From positions 423,089 to 487,088 of the forward strand of contig DATKZF010000003.1 of assembly GCA_035528115.1 (NCBI GenBank): 64,000 bases of DNA. The letters run 5' to 3'. This DNA is from Candidatus Bipolaricaulota bacterium. Lineage in GTDB: Bacteria; Patescibacteriota; Patescibacteriia; UBA11705; DATKZF01. This document shows, piece by piece, positions 41,228 to 51,364 of the stretch. The translations under genes and the position numbers were made by a program. Position 1 is the first letter of the stretch. The number at the start of each line of letters is the position of its first letter. The notes below the pieces were generated by a model. The model ran no database searches. It had not been told where the DNA came from and was given only the letters and a program-made list of their open reading frames with translations.

Positions 41228-42367
41228 ATGAGAATAGAACCAAATGTTTCCACAATTTACGAAAATAAATTCCCTCAAAATTTTGTTAATGATGTTAACG
41301 GCTGGGCTTTTTCCCAAAATGAAATGAAAGATAATTTTGGAAAGCTTTTAACATTAGATATTGATTTTGGAAGTTTTTGTAATCTTAATTGCCCACATTG
41401 TTTTAGAAAAAACAATAATGTTGATTTTGGCAAAAACAAGATAATTGATTACGACAACATAGTGAATATTGTCAAAGAGGGCAAAAAATTAGGGTTGAAA
41501 TCTGTTAAATTTCTCGGGGCCGGTGAACCTTTTCAAGAAAAAAGATTTTTGGAATTTTTGAGAGAACTAAAAAAATTGGATATTATCCCGCTTATTTTTA
41601 CAAAAGGGCATGTTATTGGCGACGATAATGAGGTTAAAAAATGGTATTCTCAATATGGCATTTCCACCGGTGAAGAATTAGTTGAAGAATTGAAGAAAGT
41701 AAACGCCAGCATTTTATTGGGTTTTAATTCCTTTGATACAGAAATTCAAGATAAAATGATAGGTAATATCAAGGGTTATACTTTGAAAAGAAATCGCGCT
41801 TTAGAACTTTTAGCTAAGGCGGGTTTTAATAAACACAACCCAACAAAACTTTGTCTGGCCGCGAACCCGATCACCAATGATAATTACGAGGAAATTTTTG
41901 AAATATACAAATGGGGCAGAATTAGAAATATGTATGTTATTGTTTGTCCGACAATGATAAGCGGCAGGTGTGCCAAAGAATTTGAGTGGCATAAAATTAC
42001 CCCCTCCCCAGAAGAATTGATTGAATTGTACGTAAAAATTTATAAATTCAATCTTGAAAAAGGTATAATTACAATGAAGCAGCTTGAGGATGAGGGCATT
42101 GCTCCTTATGCCGGCGGTCATCCATGCAATCAGGTCGCTTGCGGCATGTATGTGACATTAACAGGCAAGGTTTTGAGATGCCCGGGCGATGATAGAACTT
42201 TATTGGGTGATATTTGGAGCGAATCGTTGAGAGATATTTGGTTCAAGTCGGAAAATTATGAGAGAGCAGGAACATTTAATTGCGTTTGTCCGCCAAAGTT
42301 TGGGAAGTCCATCCCGTGTGATTTATTTACAAAAGTGATGACGCGATTAAAAAAGGACAATGATTAA
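41228..42367 (+). CDS. Radical SAM protein with SPASM/twitch-like C-terminus
   Basis: CNLNCPHC, GAGEP, C...C..G.V..CP...LG.I....L..IW. Confidence 0.85.
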   Translation: MRIEPNVSTIYENKFPQNFVNDVNGWAFSQNEMKDNFGKLLTLDIDFGSFCNLNCPHCFRKNNNVDFGKNKIIDYDNIVNIVKEGKKLGLKSVKFLGAGEPFQEKRFLEFLRELKKLDIIPLIFTKGHVIGDDNEVKKWYSQYGISTGEELVEELKKVNASILLGFNSFDTEIQDKMIGNIKGYTLKRNRALELLAKAGFNKHNPTKLCLAANPITNDNYEEIFEIYKWGRIRNMYVIVCPTMISGRCAKEFEWHKITPSPEELIELYVKIYKFNLEKGIITMKQLEDEGIAPYAGGHPCNQVACGMYVTLTGKVLRCPGDDRTLLGDIWSESLRDIWFKSENYERAGTFNCVCPPKFGKSIPCDLFTKVMTRLKKDND

Positions 42368-42383
42368 CGTCCTCATCGCACTC

Positions 42384-42467
42384 AAAAAAAACCGCCACTG
42401 CTTTGAGATTCCCGCCTGCCTGCCGGCAGGCTTTCGCGGGAATGACAGACAGGTGTGGCGGTTTTTT
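42384..42467. terminator. Terminator/REP composite, copy
   Basis: aaaaaaaccgccac..gagattccc..gcgggaatgacagacaggtgtggcggtttttt. Confidence 0.75.
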
Positions 42468-42520
42468 ATTGAAGCTAATTGTTTCATGATCCATGATTCA
42501 TGTTCCATGCTCCATGACGT

Positions 42521-44038
42521 TTATCGCGCGTACTCAATCACTCTGTTTTCTCTAATCACAGTGACTTTGATTTCACCCGGATATTTAAGCTCGTCTTCAA
42601 TGTTCTTCGCTATTTGCTGAGCGATTTTGTGAGCGTCAATGTCATTGATCACTTCCGGCTGGACGAAAACTCGAATTTCTCGGCCGGCCTGAATGGCATA
42701 AGCTTTTTCCACGCCTTCCAATTTGGTGGCAATGTTTTCCAGCTCTTCCAATCTCTGCAAATAATTTTCATAAGTGTCTTTTCTGGCTCCGGGTCTGGCG
42801 CCGCTGATGGCGTCGGCCGCTTTGACGATAATCGCTTCCAAGGTGGTAGGTTTATCTTCGTGATGAGTCAGAATCGGAATGATTATTTCCTCGGGCAGAT
42901 TGAATTTTTTGGCAATGTCTCTGCCGATCTCGGGGTGAGTGCCTTGGATTTCATGATCCACGGCTTTGCCGATGTCATGCAAGAAGCCCGCTTTTTTGGC
43001 CACGGTCACGTCAGCGCCCAGCTGTTCCGCCAAAAGCGAGGACAGGTGAGCCACTTCCATGGAGTGCTGCAGGACGTTTTGTCCGTAACTCGTTCTGTAT
43101 TTCAATCGGCCGATTATCTGGACCAGTTTCGGGTCGAGGCCGGCAATGCCAACTTGATAGCAAGCTTCTTCGCCCGCTTTTTTTATTTCCAGCGCCAATT
43201 CTCTTTTGGCTTCTGCAATGCCTTCTTCGATTTTCGCCGGATGAATGCGTCCATCAATGATCAGTTTTTCCAGAGCTCGCTTCGCCACCTCGCGTCTGAT
43301 CGGACTGAAAGACGAAACGGTGATCACTTCGGGCGTGTCATCAACCACGATTTCCACGCCGGTCAATTGCTCGAAGGTTCTGATGTTTCTGCCTTCTCGG
43401 CCGATGATTCTGCCTTTCATTTCGTCAGAAGGCAGAGAGACCGTTGACGTGGTGATTTCCACGGCTTGACTGGCGGCGCAACGCTGAATCACATTGGCCA
43501 GCATCTTTTTTGCTTGGCGATCCAATTCCAGCGAGGCTTCCTCGTCCAGTTTTTTAATGCGGCTGGACAGAGCGTCGCTGACTTCTCTTTCCACATTGGC
43601 GAGCAGAACTTTTTGCGCCTGCTCTTTGTTCATGTTGGCGATCTTTTCGAGTTTTTCGATTTGATCGGCCTGGATTTTTTTAATTTTTTCTTTGGCCGCG
43701 TCGATTTCTTTGGCCTTGTCCTGCAATTTGGTGGTTTGGGCTTCCAGGTCCAAAAGTTTTTTGTCGAACAAATTTTCCCTGGTTTCCAATCTGTTTTGCA
43801 GTTCTTTCAATTCTTTTCTGCGGTTGTTTTCTTCTTTTTTGGCTTCGTCGATGATTTGAATGGCCTTTTCCCTGGCCGTGTACAAGATTTCTTGTTGCTT
43901 GGTCTTGGCCTCTTTGAGCATGTTTTCGGCCTTTGCTTCCGCGCCCCTGGCTTGATTGGCGGCAATGGCCTTTCTAATAAAATAACCGCTCAAAAAGCCA
44001 AGGCAGATAGCGGTTACACCGATAATAATATAAAGCAT
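42521..44038 (-). CDS. rny: Ribonuclease Y
   Basis: TM, coiled coil, KH (MKGRIIGREGRNIR), HD (LHDIGK), YAIQAGREIRV. Confidence 0.98.
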   Translation of the reverse strand: MLYIIIGVTAICLGFLSGYFIRKAIAANQARGAEAKAENMLKEAKTKQQEILYTAREKAIQIIDEAKKEENNRRKELKELQNRLETRENLFDKKLLDLEAQTTKLQDKAKEIDAAKEKIKKIQADQIEKLEKIANMNKEQAQKVLLANVEREVSDALSSRIKKLDEEASLELDRQAKKMLANVIQRCAASQAVEITTSTVSLPSDEMKGRIIGREGRNIRTFEQLTGVEIVVDDTPEVITVSSFSPIRREVAKRALEKLIIDGRIHPAKIEEGIAEAKRELALEIKKAGEEACYQVGIAGLDPKLVQIIGRLKYRTSYGQNVLQHSMEVAHLSSLLAEQLGADVTVAKKAGFLHDIGKAVDHEIQGTHPEIGRDIAKKFNLPEEIIIPILTHHEDKPTTLEAIIVKAADAISGARPGARKDTYENYLQRLEELENIATKLEGVEKAYAIQAGREIRVFVQPEVINDIDAHKIAQQIAKNIEDELKYPGEIKVTVIRENRVIEYAR

Positions 44039-44370
44039 ATTTTTCCGACCGGCGGAAAAATCAAGAGTTTGGATTGTAAAAATTCCCTTCGATCTCTAGA
44101 CTGAGAACAGGTTGTTTGAGAGTCGCTTTTTTAGCTTTGCGAATATCATTTGAGTTGGTAATTTAAGCTAATTTTAGGGAATAATTTGTTGCGCCAATAC
44201 TTTCGATTTTTCGACGATTCTATCATTTGGCTTATTAATTCTGTTTGAAGCTTATCATAATAGCCAATTTTTGTAAAGAGTGAGAATTCCCGAATTTTTT
44301 CATTGCGAAAGACAAAAAAAGAACCCCGCGTTTTCTAATGCGGGATCCTTTATCTATTATCAATATTGGT

Positions 44371-45516
44371 CTATTCTTTTTTATCTTCTTCTTCCGGCTT
44401 TTTTTCTTCAGGCTCCTTTTTTTCAGGCCTGTCGTTTCTCAAGCTCAATCCCAGTCGATGATCTTTGGGTTCGAGCGAGATTATTTTGAATTTCAGCTTG
44501 TCGCCCGGTTTGGCGATTTCGGAAGGATCGGAAATTTGCTTGTCAGTCAATTCGGAAATGTGCGCCAAGCCGTGAATGTCTTCGGCGAGTTCCACGAAAA
44601 GTCCGAAAGGATTGGTCTTTAAGACCGTGCCTTCCACGACATCGCCGACTTTGAATTTGTCTTCGATACCGTCCCAAGGATCTTCTTGCAATTTCTTTAT
44701 GGACAAGAAGATTTTCGAGCGGTCGATATTGATGATTTCGGCTTTGATCGGTTGACCCACCTTAAACAATTCCTTGGGATCATCGATTCTCTGCCAAGCT
44801 AATTCGGAAATATGCACCAAACCCTCGAGGTTTTCGCCGAATTCCACAAAGGCTCCGAAATCGGTGACCGCCGTGATTTTTCCTTCCACCACGTCGCCGA
44901 CTTTGTATTTGGCCAAAGTGTCTTTTTGGGTTTCTTCCCAAGCCGCTTTTTCCGAAACGATCAGTTTCTCTTGCTTCTCGTCAACGGTTAAAACTTTAAC
45001 TTCGAATTTTGAACCCACGTAAGTTTTCAGTTTTTCCAGAATTTTCGTTTTATCTCCGCCTTGAATTCTCGGATAATGTTCCGGCGCCAATTGCGAAACG
45101 GGCAAAAACCCGGAAACGTGATTCAATGTGGCGAGCAAACCGCCTTTATTGGCGTCCGTGATTTTCACGGGCACTATCTTGCCTTCGCGCATGAATTCTT
45201 TCAATGTTTCCCAAGCTTTTTGAAAACCGGCATGGCGCAGTGAAAGCTCCATCTGGCCATGTTCGTTTTCGAGTTCCATGACCGTGGCCTCGATCTCAGT
45301 GCCCGGCTGAAGCTCGCTTAAGGTTTCGAATCCGCCGTATAATTCTCGGCCTCGAATAACGCCCGTGGTCAGGCCGGCTACGTCCACCAGGACTTCCTTG
45401 TGAGACGAATTTATAACCACTCCTTTAATCAAATCCCCGACGCTGGGAATCTGGGTGAACGCTTTGTTGTCTTGCAGCAAATTGTCGAATTCGCTGGCTT
45501 CTGTTGCGATAGACAT
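44371..45516 (-). CDS. rpsA: 30S ribosomal protein S1 (four S1 domains)
   Basis: NKGGL, GFLPVSQL, FGAFV..EGLVHISEL repeats; ATG at 45516 preceded by AAAGGAG. Confidence 0.9.
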   Translation of the reverse strand: MSIATEASEFDNLLQDNKAFTQIPSVGDLIKGVVINSSHKEVLVDVAGLTTGVIRGRELYGGFETLSELQPGTEIEATVMELENEHGQMELSLRHAGFQKAWETLKEFMREGKIVPVKITDANKGGLLATLNHVSGFLPVSQLAPEHYPRIQGGDKTKILEKLKTYVGSKFEVKVLTVDEKQEKLIVSEKAAWEETQKDTLAKYKVGDVVEGKITAVTDFGAFVEFGENLEGLVHISELAWQRIDDPKELFKVGQPIKAEIINIDRSKIFLSIKKLQEDPWDGIEDKFKVGDVVEGTVLKTNPFGLFVELAEDIHGLAHISELTDKQISDPSEIAKPGDKLKFKIISLEPKDHRLGLSLRNDRPEKKEPEEKKPEEEDKKE

Positions 45517-45729
45517 GTAAATGTCTCCTTTCAAATATAAGATGGTAATAGTTTAGCAGATTTTTAGGGGGTGTCAAGAAGGGCTGTTTTGAGGCAAAGG
45601 AGGTAGCTTGTAGCTTGTTAGCTTATTAGGTGAAATTAAAGCATAAAGCCACCTACAAGCTCACTCCAAATATTTACTTTCTTGAAAAAATATGATAAAT
45701 TAAACCCAGTTAATTCACTCAAAGATTTT

Positions 45730-46386
45730 ATGAATATTTCATCTTTCGGGCATTCCTGCTTCAAATTGACCTGCAAATTCGAGGGTAAGGAATTGGTGAT
45801 TATCACCGACCCGTACGATAAAAGTATCGGACTTCGGGTGCCGAAAATGTCGGCGGATATCGTCACGGTCAGCCACGATCATAAAGATCATTCAAACAGC
45901 GCGGCTGTTTCCGGAAATCTCGAAAATATCCCGTTTGTCATCACTCAGCCGGGAGAATATGAAATAAAAAAGGTATTCATCACCGGTTTTAATTCTTGGC
46001 ATGACAATGAAGAGGGCGCAAAGCGCGGATCAAACATTATTTATAGATATGACGTCGAAGGCATGACCGTGGCGCATCTGGGAGATCTGGGATGCCAGCT
46101 GACCGAAGAGCAATTGGATCAATTGGGAGATGTTGATGTATTGTTTATTCCCGTGGGCGGCACTTATACGCTGGACGCGGCGGGCGCGGCCAAAGTGGTG
46201 CGCGAAATAGACCCGAGAATCGTTATTCCCATGCATTATCGCGAAGAAAACTTGAATTATGATTTGGACAGCGTCAACGCTTTTCGAAAAGAAATGGGCG
46301 GCGCGGCCGAGACTGAGAAAAAGATAAAATTATCCAAAAAGGCTTTGCCGGTAGAAGAGATCAAAATTATAATTTTGGAAAAATAA
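45730..46386 (+). CDS. MBL-fold metallo-hydrolase
   Basis: GHSCF, TDPY, SHDHKDH, HLGD, IPVGG, IPMHY. Confidence 0.9.
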   Translation: MNISSFGHSCFKLTCKFEGKELVIITDPYDKSIGLRVPKMSADIVTVSHDHKDHSNSAAVSGNLENIPFVITQPGEYEIKKVFITGFNSWHDNEEGAKRGSNIIYRYDVEGMTVAHLGDLGCQLTEEQLDQLGDVDVLFIPVGGTYTLDAAGAAKVVREIDPRIVIPMHYREENLNYDLDSVNAFRKEMGGAAETEKKIKLSKKALPVEEIKIIILEK

Positions 46387-46387
46387 T

Positions 46388-46972
46388 ATGAACAGGGGGG
46401 AGCGTAAAATTCCAGTAAACATTCACGTGAATGCGGAAGAGAAAAGACAGCCGGCCGATGGAGCGGATTATTTTGAAGAGGCCGAGCAAGAAAAAACAGA
46501 CTCGATAATCGACGAGTCTTCGGATCGCGTTGAGCGGGAAACGCCGGAGGAGCCAGTGTCCGAGGAAGACTTGGATAATAATATCATGCAAGGATTGATA
46601 GAACATCAGGAAGAAACCCCGTCCAAAAAAATCAGTCGAAAAAACAAGCGTGAATTGTTTTTGTGGTTCTTCGTGGCCATATTCAGCTTGGCTTTTTTGG
46701 CGGTTTGGCTGATCAATACGCGTATCAGTTTCAACGATATCGCCGTGAAATTGAGCGAGAGCGACAATCAAAAAAGCATCGATAGCATTTCCGATAAATT
46801 CAAGGAAGATTTCGATCAGATAAAAACCAACGTGTCGGATTATCAAATTTTTACGGATTATATAAAGAAGGAACAGAGTCAACAGCAGGCGATCGATGAA
46901 TTGAAAAACAAACTGGAGAGCGAGTCGGACATAAAAAGTTTGCCGCAACCGCTCGAGCCGAATAATCAATAA
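46388..46972 (+). CDS. Hypothetical acidic single-TM protein
   Basis: 194-aa ORF coupled between the MBL hydrolase and gyrA. Confidence 0.7.
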   Translation: MNRGERKIPVNIHVNAEEKRQPADGADYFEEAEQEKTDSIIDESSDRVERETPEEPVSEEDLDNNIMQGLIEHQEETPSKKISRKNKRELFLWFFVAIFSLAFLAVWLINTRISFNDIAVKLSESDNQKSIDSISDKFKEDFDQIKTNVSDYQIFTDYIKKEQSQQQAIDELKNKLESESDIKSLPQPLEPNNQ

Positions 46973-47005
46973 TAAAAAAACGGTTAGGCAATAATTTTTT
47001 TATTT

Positions 47006-49522
47006 ATGCCAAAGAAAGACATGAAAATCAAACCGGTTGACGAGGGTGGCCAGAGCGAACCTGTCGCGGGCAAATTGATCCCTCAATCATTGGTTGAAGA
47101 AATGCAAAAATGCTATTTGGATTACGCGATGTCAGTCATCGTTTCCAGAGCATTGCCGGATGTGCGCGACGGATTGAAACCGGTTCATCGAAGAATTTTA
47201 TACGCCATGTGGACGTTGGGGTTGAAATACTCGGGCAAATTCAGAAAATCCGCGACCGTGGTCGGCGAAGTGCTGGGTAAATACCATCCGCACGGCGACG
47301 TGGCCGTGTACGAATCAATGGTTCGTCTGGCTCAGTATTTTTCCATGAGATATACGTTGGTCAAAGGCCAAGGTAATTTCGGCTCAATGGATGGAGATCG
47401 CGCGGCGGCCATGAGGTACACGGAAGCCAAATTGGACGCGGTGGCCGAAGAATTGCTGTTTGATATTGATAAGGAAACCGTGGAATTCGTGCCAAATTAC
47501 GACGGCACGCAAAAAGAACCTTTGGTTTTGCCGGCCAAGCTGCCGAATTTGCTTTTAAACGGCATGATGGGCATTGCCGTGGGCATGGCCACCAATATTC
47601 CGCCTCACAATTTAACGGAATTATGCAACGGTTTGGTGTATTTGATTGAAAATCCCGACGCTTACGTTGAAGACCTTATTAAATTCATTCCCGGACCGGA
47701 TTTTCCGACCGGCGGTTTGATATTCGACAGCAGTGAAATCAAGCAGGCCTATGCCACGGGCAGAGGCAAAATCGTGATGCGCGCCAAGACCGAAATCGTC
47801 GAAGAAAAAAGCGGTCAATTTCGAATCTTGGTGACCGAAATGCCGTTTCAAGTCAATAAAGCCACTCTTTTGGAAAAAATCGCGGATTTGGTCAAGGACA
47901 AAAAATTGGAAGGCATCAAGGATTTACGAGACGAATCGTCGAAAGAAGGCGTTCGAATCGTTATCGAATTGAAAAAAGACACTTATCCGAAAAAAATATT
48001 GAATCGTTTGTTTCAATTGACACAATTGCAAAGCGCCTTCAACGTCAATATGTTGGCGTTGGTTGACGGCATTCAGCCGAAGGTGTTGACGCTCAAAGAT
48101 ATTTTGGGCGAATATCTTTCTCACCGCCGGATCGTGATCAGAAAAAGAACGGAATTCGAGTTGCGCAAGGCGGAAGATCGAGCGCATATCTTGGAAGGAT
48201 TGAAAATCGCCCTTGATAATATCGACGCGGTCATCAAATTGATCAAACAGTCCAAAGATAAGGAAGAAGCGAAAATCGGTTTGATTAAAAAATTCAAACT
48301 CAGCGAACGCCAGGCCATTGCCATTTTGGAAATGAGATTGCAAAATCTCGCCAATTTGGAGAGTTTGAGGGTTTTGGAAGAATTGAAGGAAAAAATGGCC
48401 TTGATTAAAGAATTGAAAGCCATTTTAAGTTCCGATAAGAGGATTTCGGGCATTATCAAAGACGAACTGTTGGAAATTAAAGAAAAATACGGGGACGAGA
48501 GGCGCACGCAAATCGTGCCGGGCGGGGTGGGTGAATTCGCGCAAGAAGATTTGGTGCCCAATGAATCGACGATCGTGGTGATCACCAGAGACGGTTATAT
48601 AAAAAGAGTGCCGCCGGAAACGTTCAAGTCTCAAAAAAGAGGAGGCAAGGGCGTGATCGGTTTGGCCACCAAAGAAGAGGACGTGGTCGAGCAATTCTTC
48701 ACCACCATGACGCACAATAATTTATTGTTCTTCACCACTCGCGGACGAGTGTTTCAGCTCAAGTCATACGACGTGCCGCCAAGCGCCCGAACCACCAAAG
48801 GCCAGGCCATTGTTAATTTCCTGCAATTGGCGCCGCAAGAAAAAATTTCTTCTGTCTTGGTCATGGAAAAGTTGGCGAGCACCAAATATTTGATGATGGT
48901 GACCAAAAAAGGTTTGATTAAAAAAACTCCGCTTTCCGATTTCGCCAATGTCAGAAGATCCGGATTGATCGCCATCAAATTGAAAGACGAAGACAGATTG
49001 AAATGGGTCAAGCCGACTTCCGGCGCGGACCAAGTTTTCTTGGTGACCTCAAACGGCCAGTCCATTCGATTCGATGAGAAAAACGTCAGAGCCATGGGGC
49101 GTTCCGCGGCCGGCGTGCGCGGTATTCGTCTCAAAGGCGAGGACAAAGTGATCGGTATGGACGTTATGGACGCCAAGTTGTCAGCCGGTTATGAATTGAT
49201 GGTGGCCACGGAACTGGGTTATGGCAAGAGAACGTCAATCAAGCAATATAAAGTTCAAAACAGAGGCGGTTCGGGTATCAGAACGGCTAAGGTCACTTCA
49301 AAGAACGGCAAAGCGATATTCGGCAAAGTGGTTGATCCCAAAGATCGCAAAGAACGAGACATTATTATCATTTCTCAAAAAGGTCAGGTGATCAGAATCC
49401 CGTTCACTTCCATTCCGAGCCTTGGTCGCGACACGCAGGGCGTTCGCATTATGCGATTTAAGGCGGCCGGGGACAGCGTGGCCAATATCGCGTTCGTGCA
49501 AATGCCGATTGAGGAAAAATAA
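47006..49522 (+). CDS. gyrA: DNA gyrase subunit A
   Basis: [29 protein letters not shown], GyrA box QKRGGKG. Confidence 0.99.
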   Translation: MPKKDMKIKPVDEGGQSEPVAGKLIPQSLVEEMQKCYLDYAMSVIVSRALPDVRDGLKPVHRRILYAMWTLGLKYSGKFRKSATVVGEVLGKYHPHGDVAVYESMVRLAQYFSMRYTLVKGQGNFGSMDGDRAAAMRYTEAKLDAVAEELLFDIDKETVEFVPNYDGTQKEPLVLPAKLPNLLLNGMMGIAVGMATNIPPHNLTELCNGLVYLIENPDAYVEDLIKFIPGPDFPTGGLIFDSSEIKQAYATGRGKIVMRAKTEIVEEKSGQFRILVTEMPFQVNKATLLEKIADLVKDKKLEGIKDLRDESSKEGVRIVIELKKDTYPKKILNRLFQLTQLQSAFNVNMLALVDGIQPKVLTLKDILGEYLSHRRIVIRKRTEFELRKAEDRAHILEGLKIALDNIDAVIKLIKQSKDKEEAKIGLIKKFKLSERQAIAILEMRLQNLANLESLRVLEELKEKMALIKELKAILSSDKRISGIIKDELLEIKEKYGDERRTQIVPGGVGEFAQEDLVPNESTIVVITRDGYIKRVPPETFKSQKRGGKGVIGLATKEEDVVEQFFTTMTHNNLLFFTTRGRVFQLKSYDVPPSARTTKGQAIVNFLQLAPQEKISSVLVMEKLASTKYLMMVTKKGLIKKTPLSDFANVRRSGLIAIKLKDEDRLKWVKPTSGADQVFLVTSNGQSIRFDEKNVRAMGRSAAGVRGIRLKGEDKVIGMDVMDAKLSAGYELMVATELGYGKRTSIKQYKVQNRGGSGIRTAKVTSKNGKAIFGKVVDPKDRKERDIIIISQKGQVIRIPFTSIPSLGRDTQGVRIMRFKAAGDSVANIAFVQMPIEEK

Positions 49523-49580
49523 TTTTTAATAAATAAAAAATCGGCCGCCCGGCCGATTTTTTTGTTTGGCGCGTGTCATG

Positions 49581-49608
49581 GTAGAGACGCGCCACGGCGC
49601 GTCTCTAC
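49581..49608. repeat. GTAG-type REP palindrome
   Basis: gtagagacgcgcc ac ggcgcgtctctac. Confidence 0.8.
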
Positions 49609-49636
49609 CAACCGGCGGCGGATCGCCGCCGTCGGT

Positions 49637-50593
49637 TTATACCACGCGCCAATGTCCGTCTTCTTTGATTATTTTTCCGTCCAAGGTGAATCCCGATGCG
49701 CGTCTGTGTCCGCCGCCGCCGAGGGCCATGGCCAATTTGGAAACGTCGATATTGTCTTTGGTCGTGCGGATACTGCCTTTTATTTTTCCCTCCCCGGTTT
49801 CTCTCAAAACAACTATGATGTTCGGCTGATACAAATTCATCAGGAAATTGGCAATGCCGTTGACCGAGTCATCATCGACGAAGTTGTCCGCCAAATCCTT
49901 TTCGGTAACGGCCGCGAAAGCGATTTTATATTTTTCATTGTATTTCAAACCGGAAAAGACCCTGCCCCAAAATTTTAAAGTCTTGAAGTTTTTGTTTTTC
50001 CATAAACTTTGCAAGGCCGCTTTTATTCTGGCGCCTCGGCTCATTAATTCCGAGGAAATTTCCATGCTCGCTTGCGTGGTGGCCGCGTTGGAAAAAAAGG
50101 TGGTGTCCGAGATAATGCCGGTCAAAAGCGAATTGAGCGATCCTTTGTCCAGCTTGATTAGATTGTTTTTAAATAATCGATAAACGATTTCGGAAGTGGA
50201 GGAGCTTTCGGGTTTAACGATATTGATATCGCCGTAATTGTTATTGGTGAAATGATGATCGATATTTATCAAAGTCGAGGTTTTGTCCCTGTTCATTATT
50301 AAATCGGCAATGCCGGTTTGTTTGATTTCCCCGCAATCAAGACAAACAATGGTTTGGAATTTGTTTAATTCGTTTTCAAGAATCGAATTGATTAAAACCA
50401 GTCGTGTTTCCTTCAATGACTCGGGCGTCAAATCCGCGCAAAAGCAGACGACGTTTTTTTTCTTTGTTTGGCAGTGATAAAAAAAAGCCGCGGCCGCACC
50501 GATGGTGTCCGCGTCAGGATTTCTATGACAGACGATTAAAACATCTCGGCTTTCGTCAATCTTGTCCAAAATTTTCTTTTCCAGTATTTTCAT
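49637..50593 (-). CDS. nrnA: DHH/DHHA1 phosphoesterase (NrnA-like)
   Basis: HRNPDAD, LDCG, NIDHH, GIISDT, GGGGHRRASG; follows rbfA. Confidence 0.85.
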   Translation of the reverse strand: MKILEKKILDKIDESRDVLIVCHRNPDADTIGAAAAFFYHCQTKKKNVVCFCADLTPESLKETRLVLINSILENELNKFQTIVCLDCGEIKQTGIADLIMNRDKTSTLINIDHHFTNNNYGDINIVKPESSSTSEIVYRLFKNNLIKLDKGSLNSLLTGIISDTTFFSNAATTQASMEISSELMSRGARIKAALQSLWKNKNFKTLKFWGRVFSGLKYNEKYKIAFAAVTEKDLADNFVDDDSVNGIANFLMNLYQPNIIVVLRETGEGKIKGSIRTTKDNIDVSKLAMALGGGGHRRASGFTLDGKIIKEDGHWRVV

Positions 50594-50921
50594 CTTTGAT
50601 TTCATTAAGAATTTCTTCGATTTCCCGCGCCTTTTTTTCCGTTTTTTCGAAAACAAAACGCAATTTGGGGATTTTTCGAAACCTTGTTCCCTTGGCCAGC
50701 CATTTTTTAATTTCCCCGCTTCTTAAAATGAGGAATTTTTTGGCTTCATTTTCCTTGGAGTCCGGCAAAACGCTGAAATGGATTTTTGCGCTTTCCAGGT
50801 CGGGGGAACTGTCAACATTAGCAATGGTAATCAAAAAGTCAAGCGGGGCGTCAAGGCGCCTGGAGATGATTTCCGCGATTTCTTGGCTTAAAAGACTGTC
50901 CAATTTTTCTTTTCGATGCAT
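50556..50921 (-). CDS. rbfA: Ribosome-binding factor A
   Basis: TI..V..SPDL..AKI, RKIPKLRF. Confidence 0.9.
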   Translation of the reverse strand: MHRKEKLDSLLSQEIAEIISRRLDAPLDFLITIANVDSSPDLESAKIHFSVLPDSKENEAKKFLILRSGEIKKWLAKGTRFRKIPKLRFVFEKTEKKAREIEEILNEIKDENTGKENFGQD

Positions 50922-51061
50922 ATTTTCAGGGGTTGGTTAATATCGTTGATTTATAATAGCATTATTTCATATAAAGATAAAGGCGGGTTTTTTTTAGGTT
51001 GTTAGGTTTTTAGGGAGGTAGGTTCTTAGTATCTTGTTGGCCTTTCTAATAACCTAAAAAC

Positions 51062-51338
51062 CTACAAGCTACCACCGCCTATTGCCTCTCCGGCCACCCA
51101 TCGTTGTCATCTCGACCCCTCGACTTCGCTCGGGGCATGCCGTAGTGGAGAGATCCCTTTTTGTAATCAATGAGGGATTTCTCCATTCCGCCCTTCGGGG
51201 CTCCCTGCCTACCCTGCCTGCCGGCAGGCAGGCGGCAGGCAGGCGGGAATCCACAAAGCAGCGGTAGAATCATAAGCGGCGGCTTAAATCCACCTAATAA
51301 GCTAATAAGCTACAAGCTACTACGCCTATTGCCTCTCC
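51062..51338. repeat. REP cluster bounded by a ~30-bp direct repeat
   Basis: ctacaagctac..cgcctattgcctctcc at 51062 and 51310; REP with insert at 51098-51155; double palindrome at 51204-51243. Confidence 0.75.
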
Positions 51339-51364
51339 TCATCGCCCATGATAAGTTTATATAT

